From contig NC_083288.1 in assembly GCF_963506605.1 (NCBI RefSeq), positions 32,984,001-33,048,000 on the forward strand: a stretch of DNA of 64,000 nucleotides, given 5' to 3'. Of this stretch, positions 11,801 to 23,300 are shown piece by piece (positions within the stretch are counted from its first letter, which is position 1; every line of letters begins with the position of its first letter). A program made the position numbers and the translations under genes. This DNA is from Zootoca vivipara (taxonomy: Eukaryota). The notes below the pieces were generated by a model that worked only from the letters and a program-made list of their open reading frames with translations, did not search any database and was not told where the DNA came from.

Positions 11801-14800
11801 ATTTTTTTCTTCCAATTAAATTAAATTCCAAGTCCGTTATTCAGTTCACTCTGTCAATAACAAAGGATGAGGACGAGTCAGCTCTAAGTTTCCATTGTAA
11901 ACCTTTTCAAAATAGCACTTCCTTCCCTTCCCCCCCCCTTTTTTACAAACTCAGTTCCGTTTGATGTTATATTCCATATCTATTATCCAATTTCTTCCCT
12001 TACTTGCACGAATTTAATTTTAACTAACATCCAAACGATGGTTGCTGAATCATAAATGTAGCGAAGAAACTGTAGGCTCCCCTCCACCTCCCACCGTCTT
12101 TTGCACCAAATTCAAACCTTAATGACTTTGCAGCTGGTTCTGTTCCGCAGTTTGTGATCTCATCTCTTCTAGCATGCCCCTGTACTTTAGTCCAAATTAA
12201 GCTCTAATTAACAGGAGAACCTCTGCTTCTTAATGGCAGTGTAGGAGGGTGTACGACAGGTGAAGTGCTTTTGCACTCAGTGCCTCCCTGCCTCCACATT
12301 CCATGCTGGAGCGAGAGCCAGGTACCAATACAAATTGCGAGTGAAGCCCGTTCCCTCCTGTCCCTGAGGGGAACTTACAAGGATAATTACCCTCAATCAT
12401 CCTTGCTTTTCCTTTGCCAACCATCTCCCGTTGTCATGGGAACTGCCTCCATTAAGGCAGACTGGAACCGGAAGCCTACCTTAAGAGAAATTTCTCTTTT
12501 CTCTACCTTAAGAGAAATTTGGATCCAGATGCAGCATTTCCACTGAGCTTCCTTTAACGGGAATGGGACAAATTAAGCCATGACTAACTTGTCCATTTAG
12601 CCATGACTAACTTGTCCAAGCACTCCTCAGATCACTTCCATACAATCTCTTCATGGAGCCTTCATCCTGATTTGTGTGCACAATGTTTATAAGGAGTGTG
12701 TTTGTTTGTTTTTTTTAAAAAAGCTGAATGTGCTAGAGGAGGAGGTCAGAAAACTTTTTCAGCAGGGAGCTGAACCACTGTCCCTCAGACCTTGTGGGGG
12801 GCCGGACTACAGTGAAACTTGGAAAATTTGAATATCATCGAAAAGTGCATTTATTTCAGTAACGCAACTTAAAAGGTGAAACCAATATATGAGATAAATG
12901 CATGACATGCAAAGCAAGATATGCCAAGCCTTTATTTGTTGTAATTGTAATTATTTGTCATTAGGCGGGTTAATTTTAAATGAACTGTAATTAATGAAAT
13001 GTAATAGCAATGTTTATTTTTGTATTATTGTAACTATTTGTTTTATTTCTGTGGAAATAAGTACAGTGGAACCTCGGTTTATGAACACCTCGGTTTATGA
13101 ATTTTCGGTTTATGAACGCTGCGGACCCATCTGGAACGGATTAATTCATTTTTCATTACTTTCAATGGGAAAGTTTGCTTCAGTTTATGAACGCTTCAGT
13201 TTATGAACAGACTTCCGGAACCAATTACACCCATGCTTCAGTTTATGAACGCTTCAGTTTAAGTACTCCGCGGACCCATCTGGAACGGATTAATCCACTT
13301 TCCATTACTTTCAATGGGAAAGTTTGCTTCAGTTTATGAATGCTTACTCCGCGGACCGTCTGGAACAGATTAATTCACTTTCCATTACTTTCAATGGGAA
13401 AGTTCGCTTCAGTTTATGAACGCTTCAGTTTATGAACAGACTTCCGGAACCAGTTGTGTTCATAAACCGAGGTACCACTGTATTTGTAAAAATTAAATGA
13501 AAATTAAGTATTTGTAAAAATTAAATGAAAAAATAAAAAATAGTAAGCTGCATTACTGAAATAAATGCACTTTTCAATGATATTCTAATTTTCCAAGTTT
13601 CACCTGCATATTTTGGAGGAAAAATGAATGAATTCCTATGCCCCACAAATAACCCAGAGATGATTTTTTAAAAAAAAAAAAAGCACACATTTTATTCATA
13701 TAAAAACATGCTGATTCCCGGACCGTCTGTGGGCCAGATTTAGAAGGCGATTGGGCCAGATCCCGCCCCTGGGCCTTAGTTTGCCTACCCGTTTGCTAGA
13801 CAAACACAGCTGTTTATTGTGTACTCATTCTGCTTAGTTTGTGTGGATGTTAGAAAAGGTTGCATCAAGTAAATGCAATATTAAATGTTCCAGTGTACTT
13901 CCCAATCAATTTCCTTATTGTTATAAGTCTGTGCTTTTTGAGCCGGGGGCTTCTTGTACAAGAGCTCCAAATCCACTTTAATGGCAGAACCTGAATTTGC
14001 ACATATGTGATTTAATCCCACAACCAAACAATGGCAGTCTGTATGTACCATTTATATTCAGTAACCATATGTATTCAGCCAGTACGTCATCATTTCCCTT
14101 GAGATCTCTCCCACTTGACCACCATTCAGGACAGGGTCCATTTTGCCTAAGTATCTGCCTCACCAGATACCATTGCTCTTTCACAAATATGGGATGAATT
14201 TAGCATGCCTTTCTGATGATATCTGCCATAGCACATTAGGACATGTCATCTTATGCAATGAAACAAAAATTTTGATGTGAGGAATTCAAATCTGCTCTTA
14301 TCTTTGTGATTTAGTTTGCTAAGTCTACATTTGATTGAAAAGTACATAAATGGCTCTTGCAAAGCCAAAGAAGTTTTATTTTATCTTCTCAAAATGTCAC
14401 GTGATGCTAAATAATAATAAAAAATATAATATTAATATATAATATAACTACAAGTAATTGGAATTCACTTTTAATGACGTCCTGCATTTTTACACATACA
14501 GTGGTACCTTGGGTTAAGAACTTAATCTGTTCCGGAGGTCCGTTCTTAACCTGAAACTGTTATTTAGCTAATGTACCACTTTAGCTAATGGGGCCTCCCA
14601 TTGCCACCGCATGATTTCTGTTCCCATCCCGAAGCAAAGTTCTTAACCCAAAGAATTATTTATTGGTTAGCGGAGTCTGTATCCTGAAGCATCTGTAACC
14701 TGAAGCGTCTGTAACCCGAGGTACCACTGTATTTTACTTACCATGCAAAACTAAATCATCTTAACCAAATGGTTTTTTCAATTCCTAAGTCATATTACAA

Positions 14801-15919
14801 CTTTCATGCACCCCTCATATTTGAAATACAACACACTGTATAATACCATATGGATACCCTTGCAGCACAAGATTCTGCTTCAGCCCCATGTAGCTCTACA
14901 CCAATTAGGCCTCCACCACGACATAAGATCAAAGAACACATAATGTATATTCTGGCTTAAAGAGAGGCTTATATTGTGATGGAATTATATATGAATTGGG
15001 GACTGTGTCTTTCTTTTTTCCAGATATGAGTGACTGTGATAAATGCTCAGACAAAGACTATCCAAGCAAGAACCGAGATGCATGTCTTCCCAAGGATATA
15101 AGCTTCTTGTCTTATGAAGAACCTTTGGGCATCAGTTTAGTCTGCTTTTCGCTTTCATTTTCTCTGATCACAGCTCTGGTGCTGGGTACATTTATGAAGC
15201 ACCATGACACTCCAATTGTCATTGCAAACAACAGGACCCTCACCTACACTCTCCTCCTTTCTCTCCTGCTCTGCTTCCTTTGTGCACTGCTCTTCATTGG
15301 CCAACCTCAGAAGGTGACATGTCACCTACGACAAACCACTTTTGGCATCATCTTCTCAGTGGCTGTTTCTTGTGTATTGGCAAAAACCATCACTGTGGTT
15401 CTGGCTTTCATGGCCACCAAACCTGGATCCAGGATGAGGAGATGGGTGGGGAAGAGATTGGCCAACACCATAGTTCTTTCCTGCTCCTTTGTCCAGGCAG
15501 GGATCTGTACGGTGTGGCTGGCAACCTTTCCCCCATTTCCAGATGTAGACAGTTACTCGGTGTCTAAAGAAATTATACTAGAATGCAATGAGGGGTCAGT
15601 GATGATGTTTTACGTTGTTCTGAGCTATATGGGCTTCCTGGCAATTATTAGTTGTATTGCCGCTTTCCTTGCCAGGAAATTACCTGACAGCTTCAATGAA
15701 GCCAAATTCATCAGTTTCAGTATGTTGGTCTTTTGCAGTGTTTGGCTATCCTTTATTCCCTCCTACCTGAGCACCAAGGGAAAATACATGGTTGCTGTGG
15801 AGATCTTCTCTATCTTAGCCTCTGGTGCTGGACTGCTGGGTTGCATCTTTTCCCCCAAATGTTATATTATTGTGTTCAGACCTCAGTTGAACAACAGGGA
15901 GCAGCTAATAAGGAAGTAA
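5934..15919 (+). CDS. V2R gene B, complete (873-875 aa)
   Basis: Exons 5934(or 5940)-6157, 7466-7757, 8892-9752, 10480-10707, 11108-11234, 15024-15919; all GT-AG with consistent phases; signal peptide, Venus flytrap, 9-Cys domain, 7TM. Confidence 0.93.
7466..7757 (+). CDS. V2R gene B exon 2
   Basis: 292 nt; [26 protein letters not shown]...IPQ. Confidence 0.92.
8049..8367 (+). mobile_element. Sauria SINE
   Basis: tRNA-derived head gggacatgggtggcgatgtgg, body ggggtgagctcccgttgctcggtcccagctcctgcc, (ACCTTT)-type tail, imperfect TSD atggattt..aaat. Confidence 0.85.
8807..8870. repeat. (CT)n microsatellite just upstream of the exon 3 acceptor (paralogous tracts at ~39680-39720, 49462-49487, 61227-61254)
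   Basis: Read directly. Confidence 0.9.
8892..9752 (+). CDS. V2R gene B exon 3
   Basis: 861 nt; [28 protein letters not shown]. Confidence 0.93.
10480..10707 (+). CDS. V2R gene B exon 4
   Basis: 228 nt; [16 protein letters not shown]...WFNQ. Confidence 0.9.
11108..11234 (+). CDS. V2R gene B exon 5 (cysteine-rich domain)
   Basis: 127 nt; [12 protein letters not shown]...[17 protein letters not shown]. Confidence 0.92.
11440..12480. mobile_element. Degraded repeat, possibly an L1-like LINE fragment
   Basis: No counterpart in other intron-5 paralogs; LINE-like composition; family not confidently recognised. Confidence 0.3.
12810..13606. mobile_element. Tc1-like non-autonomous element nested in the hAT MITE
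   Basis: About 55-bp TIRs cagtgaaacttggaaaatttgaatatcatcgaaaagtgcatttatttcagtaa / ttactgaaataaatgcacttttcaatgatattctaattttccaagtttcacctg; inserted at TA. Confidence 0.8.
13064..13480. mobile_element. Mariner/Tigger-type MITE (417 bp)
   Basis: TIRs cagtggaacctcggtttatgaacac / gtgttcataaaccgaggtaccactg; TA TSD; reverse-oriented sibling at 63182-63598. Confidence 0.9.
14499..14729. mobile_element. Mariner/Tigger-type MITE
   Basis: cagtggtaccttgggtta...taacccgaggtaccactg with TA TSD; empty site in gene A intron 5 (~1900). Confidence 0.88.
15024..15919 (+). CDS. V2R gene B exon 6 (7TM)
   Basis: Acceptor ccag|AT; same 7TM motifs; ends IRK*. Confidence 0.95.
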
Positions 15920-16414
15920 AATGAAAGGAAGGAAGGAAGGAAGGAAGGAAGGAAGGAAGGAAGGAAGGAAGGCCTTTGCAAATCAAAAGGGAGTATGTGT
16001 ATGTTTCTTTCTGCCGATACAGGAGAATATGTGTGCATGCCTGTTAAGCCTTATACACATTTCACTGTTGTCTAATTCTGCATAGTTGGGGGGAAATCAC
16101 TTGGAAGAATGAATCCAATCTACGAAACCGCAGATTGCACTTGCAATTTTCAGATCTATATGGATGCAACTGATTCCTACCCAGTCCATATTCTCTTCTT
16201 TTACCTACAAGAATAAAAACAATTTTCAAAAAAATATGATAAACACAGCAATTAAACAGGATTTCCTATAATAATTTGTTGTATTATATTGACCCCATTA
16301 TATGAGATGCCTAAAAAATTAATTTTCCCAAATGTTCAGTTATCTATTTTTAAGATAATCTTCAGGTGATATTATACCCTGATAATTTTACCATGCATTA
16401 ACTCCAATCTGAAC

Positions 16415-16504
16415 CATAGCTGCCAAGTTATCCCCTTTTTTAAGGGATTTTTCCTTATGCTGAATAGGCTTCCTCACGAGAAAAGGGAAAACTTGGCAGC
16501 TATG
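16415..16504. mobile_element. 90-bp hAT-type MITE
   Basis: 15-bp TIR catagctgccaagtt; 8-bp TSD atctgaac; empty site at ~3872. Confidence 0.88.
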
Positions 16505-17751
16505 ATCTGAACCCAAAATGCAAGTGTCCATTCATTTCCTTTCTGTATTTTTGTTCTTTGTTTCTTTCTTCTTGTGTGTTATTGAAGTATATGTTCTTGC
16601 TTAAATAAACACATTTTTTATTTTAAAAAATGCAATGCCCCAGAGAAGGAAGTGAATGTATTATAGTGACATTGCTTCTCATGTGTCTTCATCTGCATTC
16701 CAACAACCTTCACTAAAGAAGCCCCACAGGAATTACCTGAAGAACTCCCCCCCTTCCTATTTACTGTGTCATTGCAGTGATCAGTCCTAGAATGGCAGTC
16801 AAAGTACACCTACAGGGGCTGCAAACTTATACACACTTATTTGAGAATATCTTCCCTTGAATTCAATAACATCCAACTCTGTCTGAAAATGCATAGAATT
16901 GTGGTGTTAAGGCAATTGAAAAAACACTGAACTGAAAACCCATTCCTCCACAGGGAAAAGAGTAAGTTTATTGGGAAGCGAATGGGGTGTTAGGGGAGGG
17001 GGGGTGCCTCTGGTCAGGGACACGTCGTGTACCTACTGGCATAGTTTATCCACCTTTGGTCCCCACCCTGCACTCAGCTCTCACCAATGGCTTCTAGAAG
17101 CTGCCAGCATGTGAGAGCGGCCACACCCCGGGAGTGGCTTGGACTAGCTGGGTCCAAAGGTGATGGTACTTGATGGTAGCGAATGGGCCTCAAAACCTTG
17201 GGGAGTTAGGATAGGCTGCAGTGGATTGAGCTGATGAAACCATTATTCAGTCCAATGGTCATGGGGCTAATCAACCTGGGAAAGCCACTCATCTAGAAGA
17301 AGGAAAACTCTGAAATTAAACCTCTGTTACCTGCAGGGTATCTTTGGGAGAAAAAAAGGCTAAGGAGTAAGAAAAGGCCAAGTTGGTGTCGAACATATTG
17401 TTCTGATTTTCTTTCGACCACATCATCTTACCATGTTTCAGTAATTCCTACTAGGTCATATTTGTCATTTTGTATTAATAGCTCCAATTCCTCTGACTTG
17501 TTTCCCATACTCTGTGCATTAGCATAGAGATTACTGAAACCTTGGTTCATTCCCTCTAGTTGCTTCCTTGTGTCCCTTTAGTGAATTTCAAGTACTTCCT
17601 AATCCTTTCTCTCAAGTTGCCTTTTCCAGACTGCAATTCCCTTTCCTTGGGATCATTTTCTTGGAAGGTAGCGAGTGGGTTATGGGCATACTAATCCACT
17701 GTCAGTAGCATTGGATCTGTAGGGAGTAGATCAAGAATGGAAAACAAACTC

Positions 17752-17988
17752 CAAGTTTTTAAATATCTAAAGGGCTGTGACATGGAAATGGAGCAAGCTT
17801 GGTTTCTCCTGCTCCTGGGAGTAGGGTTCAAACCAGTGGATTCAAGCTACAAGAAAGGAGATTGCAACAAATGTACAAGATGAACATTCTGACAGTAAGA
17901 ACTGTTAGACAGTGGAAGGGACTCCCTTGGGGGTTCTGAACTTTCCTTCATAGATTTTAAAGCAGAGGTTGGGTGGCCATCTGTTAGG
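17752..17988 (+). mobile_element. CR1 LINE 3' fragment
   Basis: aaatatctaaagggctgt...ttctgacagtaagaactgttagacagtggaa...ttttaaagcagaggttgg, typical of a CR1 3' end. Confidence 0.7.
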
Positions 17989-18494
17989 GGAGGCGACCTG
18001 GGCCCCAAGTTATGGGTGCCCAGTGAGCATGTCATCATGATGTCATACTATGATGTGATGCCGTGGCATCATGCACAGCCCCTGGCTTTGAAACTTGACT
18101 TGAGGTGCCACCAGAAGTCAGGGTCAAAGGTCTCGTGAGACCTTGGAAAGCATGCTTTGGTGAGATTCCTAAATTGCATAGCGTTGGAGTAGGGGACCCT
18201 CGGACATCCCAACATTACAGTTCTATGACTATATGATTCTAAGCCTTTCTCCTCCTGTCTCTTCCTGCTCTAGTGGGTGGCAGGAATCATTTCAGGTTAG
18301 CAACTGCTCCTCTGGTCAAGAATCAATGTCAGAGGTGACAGCTTGGAAACAATTTGCAGCTCCAGTGACACAGGTTGGGGGGCAGAGAAGGAGGGAAGGA
18401 ATGGCAGGCAGCAGAGCTTTGTGCAATAAGGATTTCAAAGAGTTCCATGTTGCACTTGGGGTGTGCATGCATTTTTCCAGTAGGGGAATATTTA

Positions 18495-18746
18495 AAGTGG
18501 TATCTCAGTTTACGAACCTAATCGGTTCCTGAACTCCATTCTTAAATCAAATCCTTTCTTAAACTGAGGCGTGTTTTCCCTAATGAGACATGCCACTGCG
18601 GGTGCCCTTCCACCATTCGGATTCTGTTTGTAGACCATTCGTAGACCAAGGTAAAGTTCGCAAACCGGAACACTACTTCTGGTTTTGTAGAGTTCGTAAA
18701 CCAAATAGTTCGTAAACAAGACTGTTCGTAAACCGGGGTACCACTG
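18495..18746. mobile_element. Mariner/Tigger-type MITE, diverged
   Basis: aagtggtatctcagtttacgaac...gttcgtaaaccggggtaccactg, flanked by TA. Confidence 0.75.
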
Positions 18747-19782
18747 TATAGCCAAAATGAGCAGGATTTTTTACTACCAAAAAACCACAATCTGAAGCAT
18801 GACGATGTTGCTGATGATTTTGGGGTTTGCTTTAACTGTGGCCTGGTTTTATCTGTGAATTCAGCACACTCGCCTAACCATTGATAATAACTTCCTAGCC
18901 GGAAGAACTTTCAAAGTGGCAAAAGCATAAGGCAGGAGCAGCCTTATGATGGAAAAACAAGCTTGGGCCTTTTTTTAATTGTCAGCTGAACAATTGGGTC
19001 CTTCACACTTGGTATGAAAAGTCACAGAAATGAAGCGCAAAGATGATTTGATAGGAGAGTGTCTGTTACTTACTGATTCCTTTATGCTTTCTATATATTA
19101 AACATATTATAAAACAATGTGTTTGTTATTTGAATTTTTATTCCCCTACCCCCAAACATTCAGCTTCTGTTTATTAGGATTTAGTTTTCACCGGTTATTC
19201 TTCAGTCATATCCAAATTAAATTATGATAAACCTGACCTAGAAAGGTTTTTCTTTTAAAAAGAAATTGACTTGAAATGCTTCAGAGATCCTTGTGTGGGT
19301 TTGAGATGTTTGGAAAGAACCCACTTTGCTCAGCTGCCTCATTCCATTTCTTAACTCAGGAGCTGTTTGTGCAATAAGGATTTCAAACCCCTAATTTTCC
19401 ATGGGATTTTGATACAGCCACTCCCTTATTTTAACACCTTGCAGGCTTTCATTCATGACCTGTGGGCTGCATTTGGAGCATAAACAGCTGCCTTGTTGGT
19501 TCATTTAGCTCAGGATTGTCTGGGCCAGTGTCCAAAGTCAGTGGCGATCTGGATGACGGCCAATAAACTGAATCTTGGGAAGACAGGTGTTCCATGCATA
19601 GTTGGTTCCTGTATCCAAAGGACAAGCCCACTGCTTGCCCTGGATGAGGCTACACTCCCTCTAAAGGAGCAGGTGCATAGCTTGGGGATACTCTTGGATT
19701 AATCATTAGGGGCCCTAGTGACCCTGGTGGGTTGCAGTGCCTTTTTCCAGCTTCAATTGGTATGGCATCTATGAATGTATGT

Positions 19783-20174
19783 GGACAAACATGTTTTCCA
19801 TAGCAATTCCCAGGGAAAATCCCCAGATCTGAACAGGAGATTTCCTCATTCATTAATTCTGAAAAGCACCAATTTTAGTGCTTATCCAGCCCACTGTAGA
19901 ATTTCAGTTGCCATGAACAAAACAAATTGCAAAGACACTGAAGAGTATACAAATATGTCCGCCACCATTTACAGCCAGGGGGGCTGGGGACCAAGGACAA
20001 CCATCTGTTGTGATCTCTGATTCTTTGCACAATTGACCCTGAAGCTCAGGGCTTTGAAGAGAATGAACTGTCATTGAGGCAAGAAGTTCTCATCACAGAA
20101 ACTCTAATGATTGTACAGTAGCAAACAACAGAGGAATCTGTGTTTAGATTGAAAATTTGCCCCATGCATTGAAG
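19783..20174 (+). promoter_or_regulatory. Conserved upstream block of V2R gene C
   Basis: Paralogous to 5548-5933. Confidence 0.55.
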
Positions 20175-20392
20175 ATGGTGGTTTTAGTGGTTTTGCTGCT
20201 GGCTCTGTTTCCTCACATGGCATTGGAGTCTCATATTTTTAAGTGCAGGGTTCACTATCCACAACGCCCACTTCACATGTATAATCAGCCAGGAGATTTC
20301 ATCATTGGTAGCATAGTTTCTCATGGTTCCTTTATTTTCAGTTCAGCAAATTTCACTGAAGAACCCCTATCTGCATTGCCTGAAGAGCTTGT
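20175..20392 (+). CDS. V2R gene C exon 1
   Basis: 218 nt; signal peptide, QPGDFIIG. Confidence 0.88.
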
Positions 20393-23300
20393 GTAAGAAC
20401 TTATTTTCTGTCTGTTTCATTTAATATTTCCATTTATTTAAAGGGGATATATCTGAGTAGAGAAAAGCAAAGACTGTGCTTTTCTTCACTCAGGCTGCAG
20501 AAGCAGTTAACATAACCAAGGGAATCTCCACGGGGATATTCAATAATTTTTCTTTTTAAATATATGTTTATTTATGCACACAATCTTTGTTGTCTTCCTA
20601 TCGGTTCTTTCTCTCACTACTTTCTCTTTATATCAAGTTCCTCTTTGTTTTTATAATCATCTTCTGTCCTCTTTCTATTTCCATTCTGGCATATCTGGTT
20701 TCATTGTTCAGCAGTTTTCATAGACCCCATTCCCCTAACAGCTACAATTTTCTCTTAGAAGAGAAATTGCTCACTACATTTGACAACTAGCAGCTTCCAG
20801 AATTCTTTGTAGAAGCCAATACATCTTAAAGTGGCATCATAGTGCTATAAATTTATGGTTTGAATATGGCCTTTGAAAAACTGATAGTCCAATGGTTTGA
20901 AGTTTGAGCGAGGATTTGAAACTGGCCCTTCACTCTCTAGTCCTATGCCCTAAACACTGTACTGTTGTGACGTGGGGTTTGTGATTTCAGCTCTCTTGAC
21001 ATAATATGCTGGAGACAGTTCTCTAGTAACAGCTCTTTATTAAAGTGAACAAGACTGACTCTGAGGGCAGGAAGGCTATATTTATAGGGACAGGGAACTA
21101 GCTAGAAAGGAATACATTTTGGAGGGAACAATATCAAGCAATCACAGTGCTGCCTTTTGGAGGAAACCAATAAGACAGAGGATCCAAATAAAGCAGCTTA
21201 AATGAACCAATAGTAGCTGTACCCTCTGGAACCAAAAGGCAGTTACTTTATCCTAATGCAAATACAGACAATAATAATACAGAGATAAAATCCTTTGACT
21301 CAATACACAACACGTACCATATTGAATTTACCTCCTGACATTCCTGGTGATAAATGTTGTAGTGCAGTAAAAGAATGTACTGGATTAAATGTATAGTTCA
21401 AATAGTATGAGAAGATCAAAGGTATGAAATAGCTCCCTTATTCTGTTCATTTTGACACACATTCTTTAAAAGGAATCTCACTGAGAAAGTACAGCCTATG
21501 GTGTGTTCTCAAGTTGGCATTATATACTTTTTTTTCTTGAAGCTAACTTAAGCTAAAGACTGCCTCAGAACACATAGTATCTGAATGAGATAACTGTAAT
21601 AAAATTCAAAGCATCATAGCCATTAAGCAAAAAGCAGAAGGGAAAGAAAACCCACTATGGTGGGTTTTTTGGAGAGAGGCAGTTTATTCCTCTGTGAGAG
21701 TCTGTGGGATTGTAGTCTTACAGTTCTATATCTACGTACAAGGGAGAAAACTTCAATGACTTCAGGAAGATCAATGAACTCTGTGAGATTCTGGTGTGAG
21801 CATTTTTTGGATGGTCTACATGTTTATTGGAAATGCATTCAGATATTTTAAATGCTTTATTACCTGGGGCTCACTTGGGAGGAAGGGTGGGATATAGATT
21901 TCATTAATTAATAAATATCGTTGGAACTTTGAATATTGCACACTTATTTGAGAATATTGTCATTCAGCAAAAAGCAGAAGAGAAAGTAATCCCCACTGTG
22001 GTAGTGGGATTTTTTTGGGGGGGGGGACCAGCTTATTCCAAGGTAACAATGCATGGGATTTCAGCCTAACAATTCTGTATCTATAAATATTGTTGTAACT
22101 GTGTGATATTCTTCTGATCAGGAATGCAACTCTTGTTCCAGCGTGGTGCCTAAGGGTTACCAGCACATCCTGGCCTTGGCATTTGCTGTCAAGGAGATCA
22201 ATGAAAACCCTAACATCTTACCAAACACCACCTTGGGCTTCCGCATCTATGACAGCTATATCAATGCAATTAAGACATATCATGCCACAATGCTACTTTT
22301 ATCTACACTGGAGAAATTTCTCCCCAACTATATATGTGATACACAGAATAATCTGACAGCTGTCATTGGGGGTCTCGACTCCCAGATCTCCCTTCATGTG
22401 GCATCGATCTTGGATATTTTTAAGATTCCACAGGTAGGACACATATGCCTGTTTCTGAGTGGTATATGAAAATGCTTTCATTATTATTATTATTTTTCTT
22501 CCAGCTTGTGTCATTCTGTTTGTATACAAAAATTGTTGTTTCCTTTTCCTTCTTTCTTCTGCATGTTTTTTGCAGACCGAGAGCAGTTCATTCACAAGCA
22601 AACAAGCCTACAACAGAAACATGGTTTTGATAGATTAGAACTGAATAAGGACACCACATTTTTGTGGGCAACCATAAATTTAAATAATAGATAGCATCTC
22701 TGATGAATCACAGAGCCTCTGATAAACTGACCATCTGTAGGCAGGAGCTGGGGACCTACTTTATGAAGCATAGCATGGTTTTCATTGAAGCAACACAATA
22801 AAGTTCAAAACCTAATTAAGCTGGTTCGAACAAAGGTAGAATTAGATGTTATGCCAGTCAATCAATTAAATATATTGTGATTAGCTTTAAAAAGAAACTG
22901 AGTGGTTGGTGATGCAGATGGAGATCCTTGCGTGAATGGAATTAGTGCCTTTTTTCCTTTGCTCTCCCTTTCAGTATTGATAAAAATATCCTCCCTTGAT
23001 CTGTAATTTCATTATTGGTAACTCAGGTTGTAAGGCTGCGATATGAAATGTTTCCTGATGTTAAGGATGTAGTATTTATATGGATGACCCAATGCACATA
23101 CCAAGTGCATTTCACCATGCATAAAAATGCTAGGCTTTCTTCTTCTTCTTCCCAACACCCCTCTCTTTAGCTCATATATGGCCCAGCTCCAGTGATGAAT
23201 GATAAAACCCCAGGACTTCCCTTCTACCAGATGTCCCCCCAAGAAAGCCACCAGTTTGCAGGGATTCTTTCTTTGCTTCGACATTTCAGGTGGACTTGGA

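Larger units (their letters stand above)
12739..13793. mobile_element. hAT-type MITE hosting nested insertions
   Basis: Termini gaggaggtcagaaaact...agtttgcctacccgtt; 8-bp TSD tgctagag/tgctagac. Confidence 0.7.

Noticed and set aside
16990-17700. Possible RTE/CR1-derived fragments in the B-C spacer
   Set aside because: Too degraded to assign a family or boundaries by eye.
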